The notes under the pieces were generated by a model. It saw only the letters and a list, made by a program, of their open reading frames with translations. It made no database searches and was not told the DNA's origin. Both the position numbers and the translations under genes were made by a program. From assembly GCA_977018835.1 (NCBI GenBank), contig OZ361258.1:1860001-1924000 (forward strand): DNA of 64,000 nt, in the 5' to 3' direction. Source of the DNA: Minutocellus sp. GHC0000111. Lineage: Eukaryota. Shown here piece by piece: positions 10,930-22,131 of the stretch; within the stretch, counting starts at the first letter, position 1, and every line of letters starts with the position of its first letter.

Positions 10930-13338
10930 CTAATCTGAAAGTTCAAGTGCCATGTCTCCTTCGAAGACTTGCTCCTTTTCCACTTTCATATTCCTACGCC
11001 ATCGGCTCCACAAAGCTACCCTGGTAAAGAACGAAGTAGCCTTTGCTTCGGCTTCAATCAGCGAAAGTGTGGCTTCGTGCTCACTCAATCGAGCGTAGAT
11101 TGTCCGAATAAGCGTCTTTGCCTCATCGAGAGCAATTTCATAGGTCCCTATTCCCACGTCACTCCCGCTGCATGCACTTGGGCTTCCGCTGTTGAGAAAA
11201 GACTCGATGTATTCATGCAAATTTGCAGAATTTTCCTCACTACCTTCCATTTCTCTCAAAATGACCAAAAGATCTGACAAATAAGTTATTGATATTCGAA
11301 TTTCCTTCAGAAATGGGTCCAACTTTTGGTGACTTGCCAAGGAGGGGAATAATTTCCGGAGGACATTGTCGTACATCGATGCATCCTTGAGTGCAAATGC
11401 AGCAAATTTGTGCTTATCATCGACAGTCCTGAGGAACTGATCCTCGCCAGTAGACTCATCCAAAGAGCTCCATTTCTTGGAATCCAAAAATGTTCTCAGT
11501 AGGGAAGTAAAAGATCCTCGAAGCATGTCTATGCAATCCCTTGAGTGCTCGGGAGAGCTCCCACACACAAATGGTGGAACGAAAGCAATGCACCAAGCCA
11601 TGAGCACACCCGTCCCTGTTGCAACGATCCGATTTACAGCCAGACCACTTATCGAACCACTTCCGAATTGGTGTTCAACGGCAAGAAGACCTGTGTTGAG
11701 AAGGGAGTACAGCCAAAAGTACCGCGACTCATACGTGATTGTAAACCTTGCCTTGATGCCGGACTTGATGGACGCATACGCCATGATAGATGTGACAATC
11801 GTGAGATACGCAACAAGCCCATAAGGGTTGGTGGAGGGCTCAGTTGCACCTACTGAACCGCCGCACATGATAATGCCAAGTACAGAAAAGGCCGCTCCTA
11901 CAGAAACACCCAAGAACCGCTGTAGTCCCTTCTTCACGGTTCCTTCGCAAGTCGTCCGCCATGAGTTGGCATAGCCGATAATATCCCAACCATAGTAAAT
12001 AGCTCCAACTTTCCATTCGGATGCGTTAATTGCAAAGTTGGCATATGCCGGCCAATACACGACCATGCACATTAGTATTACCGCACCCGCGGTACGCTTT
12101 GATCTCCATAGCATCCGCCTAAGGCTCCACTGTTTTATGTGATGAAATCCTATGAAATCCAACACCATGGTCTTTGGCCATCCTAAAAATGGTGTAACAA
12201 GCCATATCGGCAGCTTCGTCTTGCAAGTATCGACAATGTTGGAAGCAATAATTTGACTCTTTGTTGTTTCATGCGGTGGATAAATCGCGCTCTGCCAATG
12301 AAGAGCCACCTTGTATAGCACATTGACTTTATCCCAAAGGATGCGATGCATTGCACTTATATTCCCTTCCAAATCTGACGCCTCCTCTCCAGTATCGATA
12401 AGCGTCTCCTTCGTTGTCGTAGTCGCAAGACTTATAGCAATTTCATCAAGTTTCTTCGTTATTTGTTCGACCGCCGAGTCGTCTCTCTCAATGTTGTCGG
12501 TATAATCCATAGCTATCGATCCCAAGATAACATCATCTACCGCGGATGTCAATTTGCAAAGCTCATCAACGAGAAATCCATGGGAGGAACAACAGGTTCC
12601 AGGCGGTTCAAAGAGGGTAAGCCTGGCAATCTGCCCTCTCTTCAGTATGGTCGACACGCCCACCAACGCAGACTGTGGGATCTTGCCCCTGAGATATGCG
12701 CTCGCCTGCTTCACTGCCGAAGGCAGCAAGTCAAATCCAATTGTTTTGCGAACGGTCCTGCAAGGAGGTATGCATATCGTACCAGCTATAATCAATATCG
12801 ACCAGCAAGAAACGACCAGAATGTTGCTAATCACAGCCAGATCGTTGTCGACCCCTCTCTGTTTCCACAATTGTGCCACCAGGTTCAGCCGAGCGGCTTT
12901 GTCGTTTACCGGTAGTTCATCAAAGATTGGGCGAAGACTCAGCACCATGAGAGCTGGTACGGCGATGAGATTCTGCCCCCGACCCCAGGTCGTGGTTAGG
13001 TTTTTGCCAAAGTGCACGCTCGTCGTCCAATAGGCGTACGCGGCGTAGACCACAATGAGGACCCAGTCGGCCACGGCCGCGGCAGCCATTAGGGCCGTTC
13101 CAAACACAAGGATGAGAAACACGGCCAGCAGGAGGCCGGGGATTGCCCCCAGAATGGTATACTGCACGAGAGGGATGCTATAAAGGGATAGATTGATGAC
13201 AGTGATATTGACTCGCAGCGACGGTGGCACGGCACGGGGAAGGTAGGCGATGGATAAGATGTACGCGGCCAGGAAGCCGGCGGCAATCCGAGCGGTGCAT
13301 TCCAACTTGTACCGATCGATAGTGAATTTACATGGCAT
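10930..13338 (-). CDS. ALMT/FUSC (aromatic acid exporter-like) multi-pass membrane protein
   Basis: About 800-aa ORF with two TM clusters; TCEGTVKKGLQRFLGVSVGA and LAVNRIVATGTGV resemble ALMT/FUSC motifs. Confidence 0.65.
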   Translation of the reverse strand: MPCKFTIDRYKLECTARIAAGFLAAYILSIAYLPRAVPPSLRVNITVINLSLYSIPLVQYTILGAIPGLLLAVFLILVFGTALMAAAAVADWVLIVVYAAYAYWTTSVHFGKNLTTTWGRGQNLIAVPALMVLSLRPIFDELPVNDKAARLNLVAQLWKQRGVDNDLAVISNILVVSCWSILIIAGTICIPPCRTVRKTIGFDLLPSAVKQASAYLRGKIPQSALVGVSTILKRGQIARLTLFEPPGTCCSSHGFLVDELCKLTSAVDDVILGSIAMDYTDNIERDDSAVEQITKKLDEIAISLATTTTKETLIDTGEEASDLEGNISAMHRILWDKVNVLYKVALHWQSAIYPPHETTKSQIIASNIVDTCKTKLPIWLVTPFLGWPKTMVLDFIGFHHIKQWSLRRMLWRSKRTAGAVILMCMVVYWPAYANFAINASEWKVGAIYYGWDIIGYANSWRTTCEGTVKKGLQRFLGVSVGAAFSVLGIIMCGGSVGATEPSTNPYGLVAYLTIVTSIMAYASIKSGIKARFTITYESRYFWLYSLLNTGLLAVEHQFGSGSISGLAVNRIVATGTGVLMAWCIAFVPPFVCGSSPEHSRDCIDMLRGSFTSLLRTFLDSKKWSSLDESTGEDQFLRTVDDKHKFAAFALKDASMYDNVLRKLFPSLASHQKLDPFLKEIRISITYLSDLLVILREMEGSEENSANLHEYIESFLNSGSPSACSGSDVGIGTYEIALDEAKTLIRTIYARLSEHEATLSLIEAEAKATSFFTRVALWSRWRRNMKVEKEQVFEGDMALELSD

Positions 13339-13883
13339 TTTGTTGCCTTTTCGTATTAGTTTTGTATTCGCCTGACTGCACTCAAGCACATAACATCGAG
13401 CAAGGGCGAGTACATGTATCTTTCAGACGTCAGTACTAGCTAGGCCTACGTAGCTAGGCCTAGGTAGTACCTAGGTACGGTGTACATTCCTCTCATTTTC
13501 TCATGTCTCGACGGTTGACGACCAGACTGAAAGACGGACGTGAACCGAAAAGAACCCGGAAAGTGCGTCTTGTGCTTTGCTCCGGCATCGCCGCACGAAA
13601 GCATTCGCCAGCGAAGCAGCAACTTCCGGCAGATCAACAATGCAACGGCTGGGAGCCATCAATCAAAGCCTCTTGCTTGCTATAGAAACTTCCTGCATAC
13701 TAGCTAGTCTAGTAGAGATACGGAACAGCACGCAACAAATTTGGCACCACCAAATGACTCGCACATAACGCAAGTTGTCACATTTTTGGTTGCGTCAAGA
13801 GCATTGAAGGACACAGAAAAAGCGCAGCGTCTCTCAGCATTCAAAGTAGCAAAGTAGGACAGAGAGAACACCACGCACAGAAA

Positions 13884-14300
13884 ATGGCGACGTACAGCAC
13901 GACTCATGATGCCACAGCCACGTATGAACAAGAGAGCGAGCATCTTCCGACAACCCTTGGTGACAAGAAGCAGGTAGCAGAACCGGCAGGAACGGCAAGC
14001 CGGATGATAAAGAGCATTAGCAACAAGAGCCTTCGCAATTTGGTGTCATCGGGGAAAGACAAGAGAGCCAACGCCGACACGAAGTCGTCTTTGACGAAGA
14101 GAAATCGTCCCCGCTCTCACACATTAGAAATGCTCGAGAAGCAAAGGAGAGGCGAAGGGCAAGAGTTCCGTCCAAGGAAGGAAATGCCACACAAGGACAA
14201 GAAAACCAACGCCGCTGCTGCGATGTTGTCACCCCCCACGAGAAGCATCAACAAGGCAAGACACCGGCCCCGGTCGCAGACGTTGGAAACGCTCGCGGAT
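13884..14300 (+). CDS. 5' fragment of a hypothetical protein, truncated where it meets MAF1
   Basis: ATG at 13884 with protein-like sequence and a repeated RPRS(H/Q)TLE motif; after ~14300 the ORF is only the antisense of MAF1. Confidence 0.45.
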
Positions 14301-15176
14301 AAAGTGATCGGGCCGGACGGACCCAAAGTCATAGTCGGGAAAGGATGCGTTGAGAGTCAGGATGAGGTCGGTCATGAGCCTTCGGGTGCCCATTTCGTGA
14401 AAGTCGCCCAGAGAGGAGTTGGAGAAGTATCCGTGCGAATGAAGTGCGTCGGTGTTGGACGAGGAGCGGGCCCGAGAGGTATCAAACGACGAGGATCGGT
14501 ACCGTCCCCCACCCTTGGGCTTCATGATGCTGGTCAAGGGCTGATCCTTGTTGGACGAGGAGGACGACGATGTTCGGCTGGGCTCCGTTGGTTCCGTGGA
14601 TATCGTCACCTTTGCGGACGACGCAGCGGCTGCCTTGGCAATTCCGCCAATATCCACCGACTGCGACCGACGCCTGGATCCCCGGGCCCCTTCGGGCTTG
14701 TCGGGTTTCCGACCCGCGCGTGATCCTCCCGGACCGGACTTGCCGGTCAGCTTGGGACTTGTCGAGCTGTCTCTCGACTCATCTTTTTTGGATGTTGCAG
14801 ATTTTCCGTTACCACCACTATGAGTGCCATCTGCCTTGTTGACGCCAAACTTGTTGCGCTTCCATTCATCAATACTACCGGCGCGCATCCTCCGACCGCC
14901 TTCGGGAGCATCACCTGTGCCTGCAGAATCATCCAACCCCAAGCTCTTTTGGAACTTGGCCATCTCCTCTTCGACCTGATCGATCTCCTTGATGTAGGCC
15001 TCGCCGAGGGCGTGGGCGTACTTCTTGTCCGACGACACGCGCTTCATCGTGTAGGCCTCGATCCGGCCGTTGATGATTCGGGAGGTGCCCTCGGATCCGC
15101 CGTGACAACCGACGAGGGTGGCGTCGGTGAGGTCCGCGGTGAGCTGGGCCAGCTTGTCGTCCTCGAGAAATTTCAT
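14229..15176 (-). CDS. MAF1: Repressor of RNA polymerase III transcription MAF1, C-terminally truncated
   Basis: Box A (MKFLE...INGRIEAYTMKR...DKK) and box B (GTRRLMTDLILTLNASFPDYDFGSVRPDHF) are present. Box C is absent; the sequence switches at ~14295. Confidence 0.9.
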   Translation of the reverse strand: MKFLEDDKLAQLTADLTDATLVGCHGGSEGTSRIINGRIEAYTMKRVSSDKKYAHALGEAYIKEIDQVEEEMAKFQKSLGLDDSAGTGDAPEGGRRMRAGSIDEWKRNKFGVNKADGTHSGGNGKSATSKKDESRDSSTSPKLTGKSGPGGSRAGRKPDKPEGARGSRRRSQSVDIGGIAKAAAASSAKVTISTEPTEPSRTSSSSSSNKDQPLTSIMKPKGGGRYRSSSFDTSRARSSSNTDALHSHGYFSNSSLGDFHEMGTRRLMTDLILTLNASFPDYDFGSVRPDHFIRERFQRLRPGPVSCLVDASRGG

Positions 15177-15761
15177 GTCGGATATTAATATAAATGTATC
15201 CAGAGATGCAGCAAGTGCTCCAGTTGGATATTGTTTGCGTTGTTGTGATGGCAGAACTCCGCAAAGCGAAAAGATGCGGCACTGCCTTGATGCGTTCCGA
15301 TCCCTTTGTGGGGAAGATTCAAATCAGACGCAAAGCAGGAAAAGGTTCCGAACCTTCCGAACCTCGCACAAGAGGAAAAAGATGCGCGCAATTTACAACG
15401 CGAACAGTCGATGGACACGAAAGCGTGGTGATGTATAAGGACTGTGGGGAAGAGTCGAGCGCTGGTATGATGGTGCAGGCGCTGAATTGGAATTATTGCG
15501 CAGATACGCTTTCCGATTCCGGAACACTGGCAACACAAGATGTGACAGCTTCGTGCGTTTTCGTGCGAGCCGGCCGGGTCGATGAATGACGTCATGATAT
15601 CATAACGGAAACATCAACGAACAAAAAGCGCGAGCCGAGCAAGCCGTTCCTCCCTTGAGCCGAGAAGAAGGGAGCAGAGCTTTGATGAAATAATGGCACA
15701 TGTAAGACTATCCAATGGACCATCCCCAATAAACAGTATGCTACCCTTTACATCTTTCGTG

Positions 15762-17019
15762 CTATACAAATTGCAACATCTTGGCCGCCGCTTTCACGCA
15801 TGGGCTGGCCTTGTTCCACATTTTCTGAAATCTCCGGCTCATTCCAGCACAGGGATCCTCCTCATCAAAGTTGTCCCCCTCCTCCTCTTCCTCCTCGGCC
15901 AAATCCACCGGCACATAGTCCAAACTCCCGTGAACGTCGTGACTTCTCGGGCGGATGCTCCTCCAACGCCCGGTCGATGTCCGCATCGGCATACCCACTG
16001 AACCTCAGAATGTCCCGAAAGGTCCCGCGGGGATCGCTCAGCAGCCGCGCATACGTCACCATCATGGTCGGTGCCGAATATCGCTCGGCGTGGCAGTAGA
16101 ATCGTCTGTGGGCCAACCGATGCAGATCGATCAGGTCGGCGTAGTCGGCGGCGTCGATGCTGTTGGACCAGTCTTCAAAATTGGTGTCCTCGGGCAGGGG
16201 CGTGCCCTGTGGGTCGTGGCTGCATACCTGGAGCAGATCCACCTTGTTGTCGTTGCGCAATTTGGTGAGGTATCGCAAGTTGGCGTGCAGATTGTCCTCC
16301 GGCTCGCGATACAATACCACGGCCCGTTGATATCTCTGCTGGGGATGGTTGTCGGCCAAGGAACCGTACGGTATCCGATGATGCGTTTTGACGAACAGAC
16401 ATTCGCCGCGGGCTGGATCGGGCAGGCGGCTGTCCGGCCCGATGGAATTGTGCACGTAGGACTTGGGTTGGAAGGGGCTGAGTGGTCCCTCGCCGGGATA
16501 CACCGCCAGGCTGGCGATGCCCGTGGACGCTGTGAATACCGCCTGGGTCCAGGATGTGCCGCTGTTGGGAAAGGTGGAAAGTACGGTGGCACAGTCGGCA
16601 TTGGGGTTCTCCGCACTGACCACCAGAGGCAGCGATGGCACCTCGCTCGGATTGGTCGTTGATATCTGTGCCGGGCGCACCAGAATTAATACGTTGCACG
16701 CTACGGAAATTGCCATCACCAATCGACCGACGTGCGATTTGGGCAGATGCCGCGAACAGCCATGCTCCGATCGCATTAGATCGATTCCATCATCTTGGCC
16801 ATAGCCGCTATTGTTGTTCTTTCGCCGATCTCCCCGTGAGATGCCGTTGCTGCCATCGCCGCGGCCAAACAGCTGCTGGTCCTCCCCGCACTCGGCGTCG
16901 TCGTCATTGTGGAACGATGGCTCATTGTCGTCGTGATGTTCGAGTTCCATCCGCTCGAGCGACGACGCCAGGGACAACGATTGCGACGAGCTTCGCTGGA
17001 GGCTGATGCTGTGATCCAT
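15762..17019 (-). CDS. Golgi-type sulfotransferase (WSCD-like), frameshift at ~15950
   Basis: Type II TM, 5'-PSB STFPNSGTSW, FVKTH, 3'-PB VVLYREPEDN and VTYARL. The C-terminus continues in ORF 15762-15998 after one extra C. Confidence 0.75.
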
Positions 17020-17506
17020 GGTGTTTTTCCAAAGTACTGTTCTCCCTCCTTGGTTGTTTCCCGTGCTTCCCCGGCAGTGCATGCAGTTGTAGGAATAAAA
17101 AATTCCTGACTTCCTTGCGAGCAGAAAAAATTACGAATTTAGCAGTCCATCCTGTCGAAGGCCAGACGATGTGGCAGTTGGCGGGACCAGACCAACGCGA
17201 TTTTGATCCCTTAAATCTAATCGCCTCATTTTTTTCTATTTTTCATCGAGTGAAATTTTTGTGCCGCATCCTTCCTCATTGCACCCAAACCAGCACGTCT
17301 CTCGTGCCTGGTTTTGTTGAGTGACCAAAAAGCAACGCTTCTGAATACTCGCATTGAAAGACGGAAGCGAGGTTCGCAAAGGGTTCCATCACTGCGCAGC
17401 GCAGCATTCATTTGCGTAGGCCTAGATTCTCCCGCCAGGTGCTGTTGGGGGCTGCGCACACCTGGCATTTACTGTAGCTGCGGCCGTGGTCCCTTGAGCT
17501 GCTCCC

Positions 17507-20500
17507 TTGTCGCTTCTTTCAGATCTATTGGAAGGCGGAAGGAAGGAGAAACCAATTTCCATCCCGCGCGTCCACGGTTGGGAATACAATACCAGCCACC
17601 CCCTTGGTCGAGTAGAAGCGATGACTTGGCGGCAACTGCGTGCTGGCACGGAGGCAATGATATCGTCGTCGGGGCAGCAAGCGGCCATGTCGGAAGGCAT
17701 TGTCGGACAACAGCCGCATAAGCAGCGGCAGCAGGAGCATCGCGCCGCGTCCTTCACGGCGTCCGACTCGCCCTCCCAGACATCCGCCGCCGACGCTTCG
17801 TCGTCTTCCTCCTCCCAGCAGCCACAACAGCAGCCACAACCACAAACGCCAATCCCGCCGGCCCAGGTCCTGACCCGCTCGTCCCTCCCGTCCCTGTCGA
17901 CGCTGGACGCCGGGGACGTCATCGAATGCTACGCGTTGTTCCGCCGGGCCAAGCTCACCCCGACCGATCCGACGCCCGTCGCGGCAACTGGCAGCAGCGG
18001 CAGCGGCGCCGCAGGAGGAGGAGACGGGCGGATGGTCGACGAAACCTCGAGCGGCAACGACTCCAACACCGGCACCACTTCCAGCAGCACCGGCACCAAC
18101 AAGCACTCCGGCGGGCCGTACGGCGATGCCCTCGTCCGGATCCAAAAGTCCGCCCTCGCCTTTCGCTATCGTCCCCCCTCCTGGTCGTCCTTGGACGATG
18201 CACCCCTCACCTCCATCCCGGCGGGATATGCCAAGAAGAGATCGTACGAATTGACGTTGGAGTACGGCCCCAGCAGACGGGGGAGCGCGTTGGATCAGGA
18301 GAGCATGCCGGTGGTCGTCGGGGGGTTGGGGGGTGGTGCGTTTGGTGGGAGTGGAGTTCGGTATCCCGGCGATGGGTACGCCCACGTGGCTCAGGCCAAC
18401 GGGGACGACAGCGATGGCAGCAACAACAACGGGCAGCAAGAGACGCTGTATCCCGACGAACGCTACGTGACGTGGGACAACGAGGCCAAGATTTATTACC
18501 GAACGGAAATCGACGAGGAGGAGTGGGTGGAGGCGTATTACGTCGCGCCCATCAGCGGGGCGGTCTTGAGCAAGGTGTTGGACTATGCCGTCGAGTATGC
18601 CGAGCGCCACAGGAGGTATCAACCCTTTGAGGTGGTGGGCATTGGTGGGGATGGCGAGGCTGACAAGGAGGATGATAGTGATGACGGTAACGATGGTGCA
18701 GACAGTAATAGTTATGGCAGCAACTGCGACTTTGGTTCGTCGTGCGAGACGAAGCGGACGGGGCCCAGCCTGGACCATCCCAAGACGATCCTCCGATCGT
18801 CGTCGGCGGACGACTTTGTTTGGTCCGTCTTTGACAAGCTGGCCAGCATGTACGTTGATATTCGACCGATACTGGCCCCGCCGCGGGAGCGCGTCCGATT
18901 CTTCGTGAGGGGGGTGCAGGACGTCCAAAAGTTGAGCGGGATTGTCAGCGCGGAAGATTTGGCGTTGCCCGGTGTTCCCATCGACGACGACGACGACAAT
19001 AATGATGATGAAGATAATAATGACACCACGTTGGGCGATTCGGCGGGAAGTGGAGTCAAGGGTGGCGGCAGAGATGACGAAGAGGACGAATACCCCTCCA
19101 ACGAAAGCGGCGTCAGCGGTCCCGGTCGGAACGTGGCGAGCCTCGCGGCCGACTTTTACACACGCTTTTACGACTGTGCCAATGCCATCCGGACCGGGGA
19201 TTATGGCAAGTGGGAACGGACTGTCACGCCTCGGCCGACCATGGAACCCACGGCGTCCCCGGACACTGTGACTACGGACAGTCCGACGGCTGCTGAAAAT
19301 GGTGAAGATTCCGGTGCAGATGAAAACGAGGAGCCGATCTTGCACAATCCTGCAGAGGGTGCAGAAAAGGAAGAAGGGGACGAAGATGGTACTGACGATG
19401 ACGACAATGACGACATTGTTAATGACAATGATGGCAACGACGATGGCGTTGATATCGACGACATCGACGCAGAAGATCCACCCAACCGACGGCTCAAGCA
19501 GATGAAGAAAGCCAAAAATGATCAGGCCAACTCGACGATTGCTGCTGAAGAGCCATCTCTAACCGCCAAGGCTGCCACGCCAGAGACCGAACCAGTCCCT
19601 GAACCTGGTCTTACAGAATTTGAGAGCCAAGAAGTGCTGGCCGCTGCAAAAGAGGATACCATTGACGATGGTGACGACAATGATGCAACTGATGGGGCGT
19701 ATACTGCCGGCCAAGATGACGATGGCCAAGACGAAGAACAACCGCAAGAACAAATTGATGAAGCCTCCGCGGCCGAGCAGGCTGCCAAAGAGGCTCTTGA
19801 CAAGGCGAACGATGCAGCGGCAGCAATATCTTCCAACACCGACGACGAGGAGGCAGTTGCGGCAGCCGCTCAGGAGGCTGCCAATGCCGCCAAGAAGGCT
19901 GCCGAGGCATCGAGCCTTGCCAAGGCCGCCGCTGGGATGGATGCCATCTTTAGCGCTGACGGGGGACAAATGACGCAAATCTTGGCAACCTGCCTAAACG
20001 ATCCCAAGTACGAGATCCGAGTTGATCGCAAGGTTGCCTTGCCATCTCCCAGCCCCGTTGACGATCGAGAAATGGAGGACGGAAGTAGCCCTGATGCTCC
20101 CGAACATCGCTATGCAACAGTATCGACAACACATGTTTTCCTTTACATTGATGGCACATCCTACTATCGGCTCAATCTTACCCCTCCATTCTGGGATGCG
20201 TCGCCAGCAATACAAAATATGCCGCAACCGAAGCTATATGAAGAAGGCCAGGCCCAAATTTTGGACTCACTCTTCTTCTTTGGTATCATAGGTGCTTTCG
20301 TCTTTGGTATGGTAGTCCTTTTGCACAACATTGGCGTCCTTCGCATCGATCCGCGTCTCAAATTCAAGAGTTTTTTCCACCCGCCCCATCCCGGCCCTGC
20401 TGGTGGGACGAGAGGTGGATACATGAATGCTACACAAGTACGAGAAAGTGGTGGATACAGAGACGAGGTTGACGTCGATAGCGACTCTTGCTTTACCGAC

Positions 20501-21235
20501 GAGGCCTCCGACGCAGCGGACTGGAAGAATGGATCTGATGAGCCACGGCCGACACGTGGTGGTGGTCAGGTCCATCCATTCAATAATCCAAGCGCCATAC
20601 CAACTATCTTTATGGGCAAATCATCGTCTACTCAGAATCTACAAGTGGGAGCCGCTGCTGCCACCGCCGCGGCCGATAGCTGGGAGGGCGACTTTGAGCT
20701 CTCCGATATGAAGGGCACAGATAGTCGCCAAGGATCGGAATCTTGTCGAAGCTCGAGTAATCGCAGTGGAGCTGACCTAGATTTTGGTCAGTCTGGTGCC
20801 ATGGGAAGCAGAATAGATAACATGAAAGCTGCCATGGATGATGATGACAACGACGAAAACGACGACAGCGCGGGTAAAACTCCAAAGGGCCGCGGACGGT
20901 CGAGATCTTTTCGGCGTGATGATCTGAATCGCTCCGTTCACAGTGCTTCGTCATCTTCGAACCGACGACGCCGGTCGCCCGTCGACAGTGTGCCCCTCCC
21001 GGCCCAAGTTCGGGCGTCGAGAGATCCAGAGTTTGTTGACTTGCCCGGTCTAAAATCTCTCACGCCAGTGGCAATACCACAAGGGATATCTCGCCAATCG
21101 AGCCGAGCTAGCGCATCAAAAAGCAAGCGGTCTCTCAGCGGTGAGCTGCAGCAAGAATCGGTAGTTGACGATGGGCATGAAAATAGCGATTTTGGTGGCT
21201 CTTCAAACGGATCCACACCGCTTGCTATAGTATAG
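17507..21235 (+). CDS. Large acidic low-complexity single-pass membrane protein (start uncertain)
   Basis: 1242-aa ORF with ordered blocks (KSALAFRYRP, ELTLEYGP, YVTWDNEAKIYY, RRYQPFEVV), D/E-rich spacers, one TM helix near 20270-20340 and a Ser/Arg-rich tail. Confidence 0.75.
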   Translation: MSLLSDLLEGGRKEKPISIPRVHGWEYNTSHPLGRVEAMTWRQLRAGTEAMISSSGQQAAMSEGIVGQQPHKQRQQEHRAASFTASDSPSQTSAADASSSSSSQQPQQQPQPQTPIPPAQVLTRSSLPSLSTLDAGDVIECYALFRRAKLTPTDPTPVAATGSSGSGAAGGGDGRMVDETSSGNDSNTGTTSSSTGTNKHSGGPYGDALVRIQKSALAFRYRPPSWSSLDDAPLTSIPAGYAKKRSYELTLEYGPSRRGSALDQESMPVVVGGLGGGAFGGSGVRYPGDGYAHVAQANGDDSDGSNNNGQQETLYPDERYVTWDNEAKIYYRTEIDEEEWVEAYYVAPISGAVLSKVLDYAVEYAERHRRYQPFEVVGIGGDGEADKEDDSDDGNDGADSNSYGSNCDFGSSCETKRTGPSLDHPKTILRSSSADDFVWSVFDKLASMYVDIRPILAPPRERVRFFVRGVQDVQKLSGIVSAEDLALPGVPIDDDDDNNDDEDNNDTTLGDSAGSGVKGGGRDDEEDEYPSNESGVSGPGRNVASLAADFYTRFYDCANAIRTGDYGKWERTVTPRPTMEPTASPDTVTTDSPTAAENGEDSGADENEEPILHNPAEGAEKEEGDEDGTDDDDNDDIVNDNDGNDDGVDIDDIDAEDPPNRRLKQMKKAKNDQANSTIAAEEPSLTAKAATPETEPVPEPGLTEFESQEVLAAAKEDTIDDGDDNDATDGAYTAGQDDDGQDEEQPQEQIDEASAAEQAAKEALDKANDAAAAISSNTDDEEAVAAAAQEAANAAKKAAEASSLAKAAAGMDAIFSADGGQMTQILATCLNDPKYEIRVDRKVALPSPSPVDDREMEDGSSPDAPEHRYATVSTTHVFLYIDGTSYYRLNLTPPFWDASPAIQNMPQPKLYEEGQAQILDSLFFFGIIGAFVFGMVVLLHNIGVLRIDPRLKFKSFFHPPHPGPAGGTRGGYMNATQVRESGGYRDEVDVDSDSCFTDEASDAADWKNGSDEPRPTRGGGQVHPFNNPSAIPTIFMGKSSSTQNLQVGAAAATAAADSWEGDFELSDMKGTDSRQGSESCRSSSNRSGADLDFGQSGAMGSRIDNMKAAMDDDDNDENDDSAGKTPKGRGRSRSFRRDDLNRSVHSASSSSNRRRRSPVDSVPLPAQVRASRDPEFVDLPGLKSLTPVAIPQGISRQSSRASASKSKRSLSGELQQESVVDDGHENSDFGGSSNGSTPLAIV

Positions 21236-21318
21236 CTTAGGAAAAGATGCGTAAATATAATGAACGTTAGCTAAGCATACTGCCGCGCGCCTATATATAT
21301 ATATATATATATATATAT

Positions 21319-22065
21319 GTTAGTCCCAAAATGCGCACTGTCCCAGTTGGCGAACTGGGATCCCAGTTTGCGAACTGAGATTCATTTATCCCAGTTTGCG
21401 CACTGGGCCCCAGTTCCCAAACTAGGATCTCAGTTTGCGCACTGATACTACCAGAATGGAAACTGAGATAAACACGCCAATCCGAATTTGGGAACCAGAC
21501 GAGTTCGCGAACTGGAACAAAAATGAATACCAGTTTGGAAACTGGCATTCTCGGCAATTGTCAGAATGGTAACTGCCGGTGTTGGCTCATGCACAATGAT
21601 TATGTACTGGTAGATCTATCTACAATACAAGTTGCACTGTGCATCATATCTTGAATTTGCAAGCTACATGTACTGGTACAGTAGCAACATGATGCCGGCA
21701 TAGCACAGATGCATGTACAGTTCATGACTTATATTTGCCAGAAGCAGCTAGCTAGATATTATTATTTATTCACTATATGTATTTAGTATCAGCTAATGCC
21801 AATTATTGAGTATCAGCTCCGGCACTAATGTCGTCTGGACGTCTGGACCAGGTTTGGGCTGTGTTGCTTCACTATGAAAAAATGAAGCGAGGAGAAGCAA
21901 AGGCGATATCATCCATGCTAAATATTCATTATTTCTCGATTGATCCCAGTTTGCAGACTGAGATTGTGCCTATGATCCCAGTTTCCAAACTGGGATAAAT
22001 AAATCCTAGTTCGCAAACTGGGATCCCAGTTCGCGAACTGGGACAGTGCGCATTTTGGGACTAAC
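21319..22065. mobile_element. Non-autonomous TIR DNA transposon (MITE-like, 747 bp) inserted in a (TA)n microsatellite
   Basis: Ends are near-perfect inverted repeats of ~75 bp starting GTTAGTCCCAAAATGCGCACTGTCCCAGTT. (TA)n lies on both flanks, there are multiple subterminal palindromes CCCAGTTnGCGAACTGGG, and there is no ORF. Confidence 0.92.
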
Positions 22066-22131
22066 ATATATATATATGAGGTAGTGCTGCCCTCTCAATC
22101 ATATCCAAAGGCTTGACAAAGGAACATCACA

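Noticed and set aside
15587..15594. TGACGTCA bZIP/CRE site upstream of MAF1
   Set aside because: A single 8-mer is expected by chance in 64 kb, and there is no supporting evidence.
17525..19345. 606-aa minus-strand ORF (and similar shadows such as 62645-63577 and 47785-48472)
   Set aside because: These are antisense shadows of GC-rich coding genes with no domain-like features.
21340..21560. CRISPR-like array of palindromic repeats
   Set aside because: Spacers are very short and irregular, the repeats sit inside transposon TIRs, there are no cas genes, and the context is eukaryotic.
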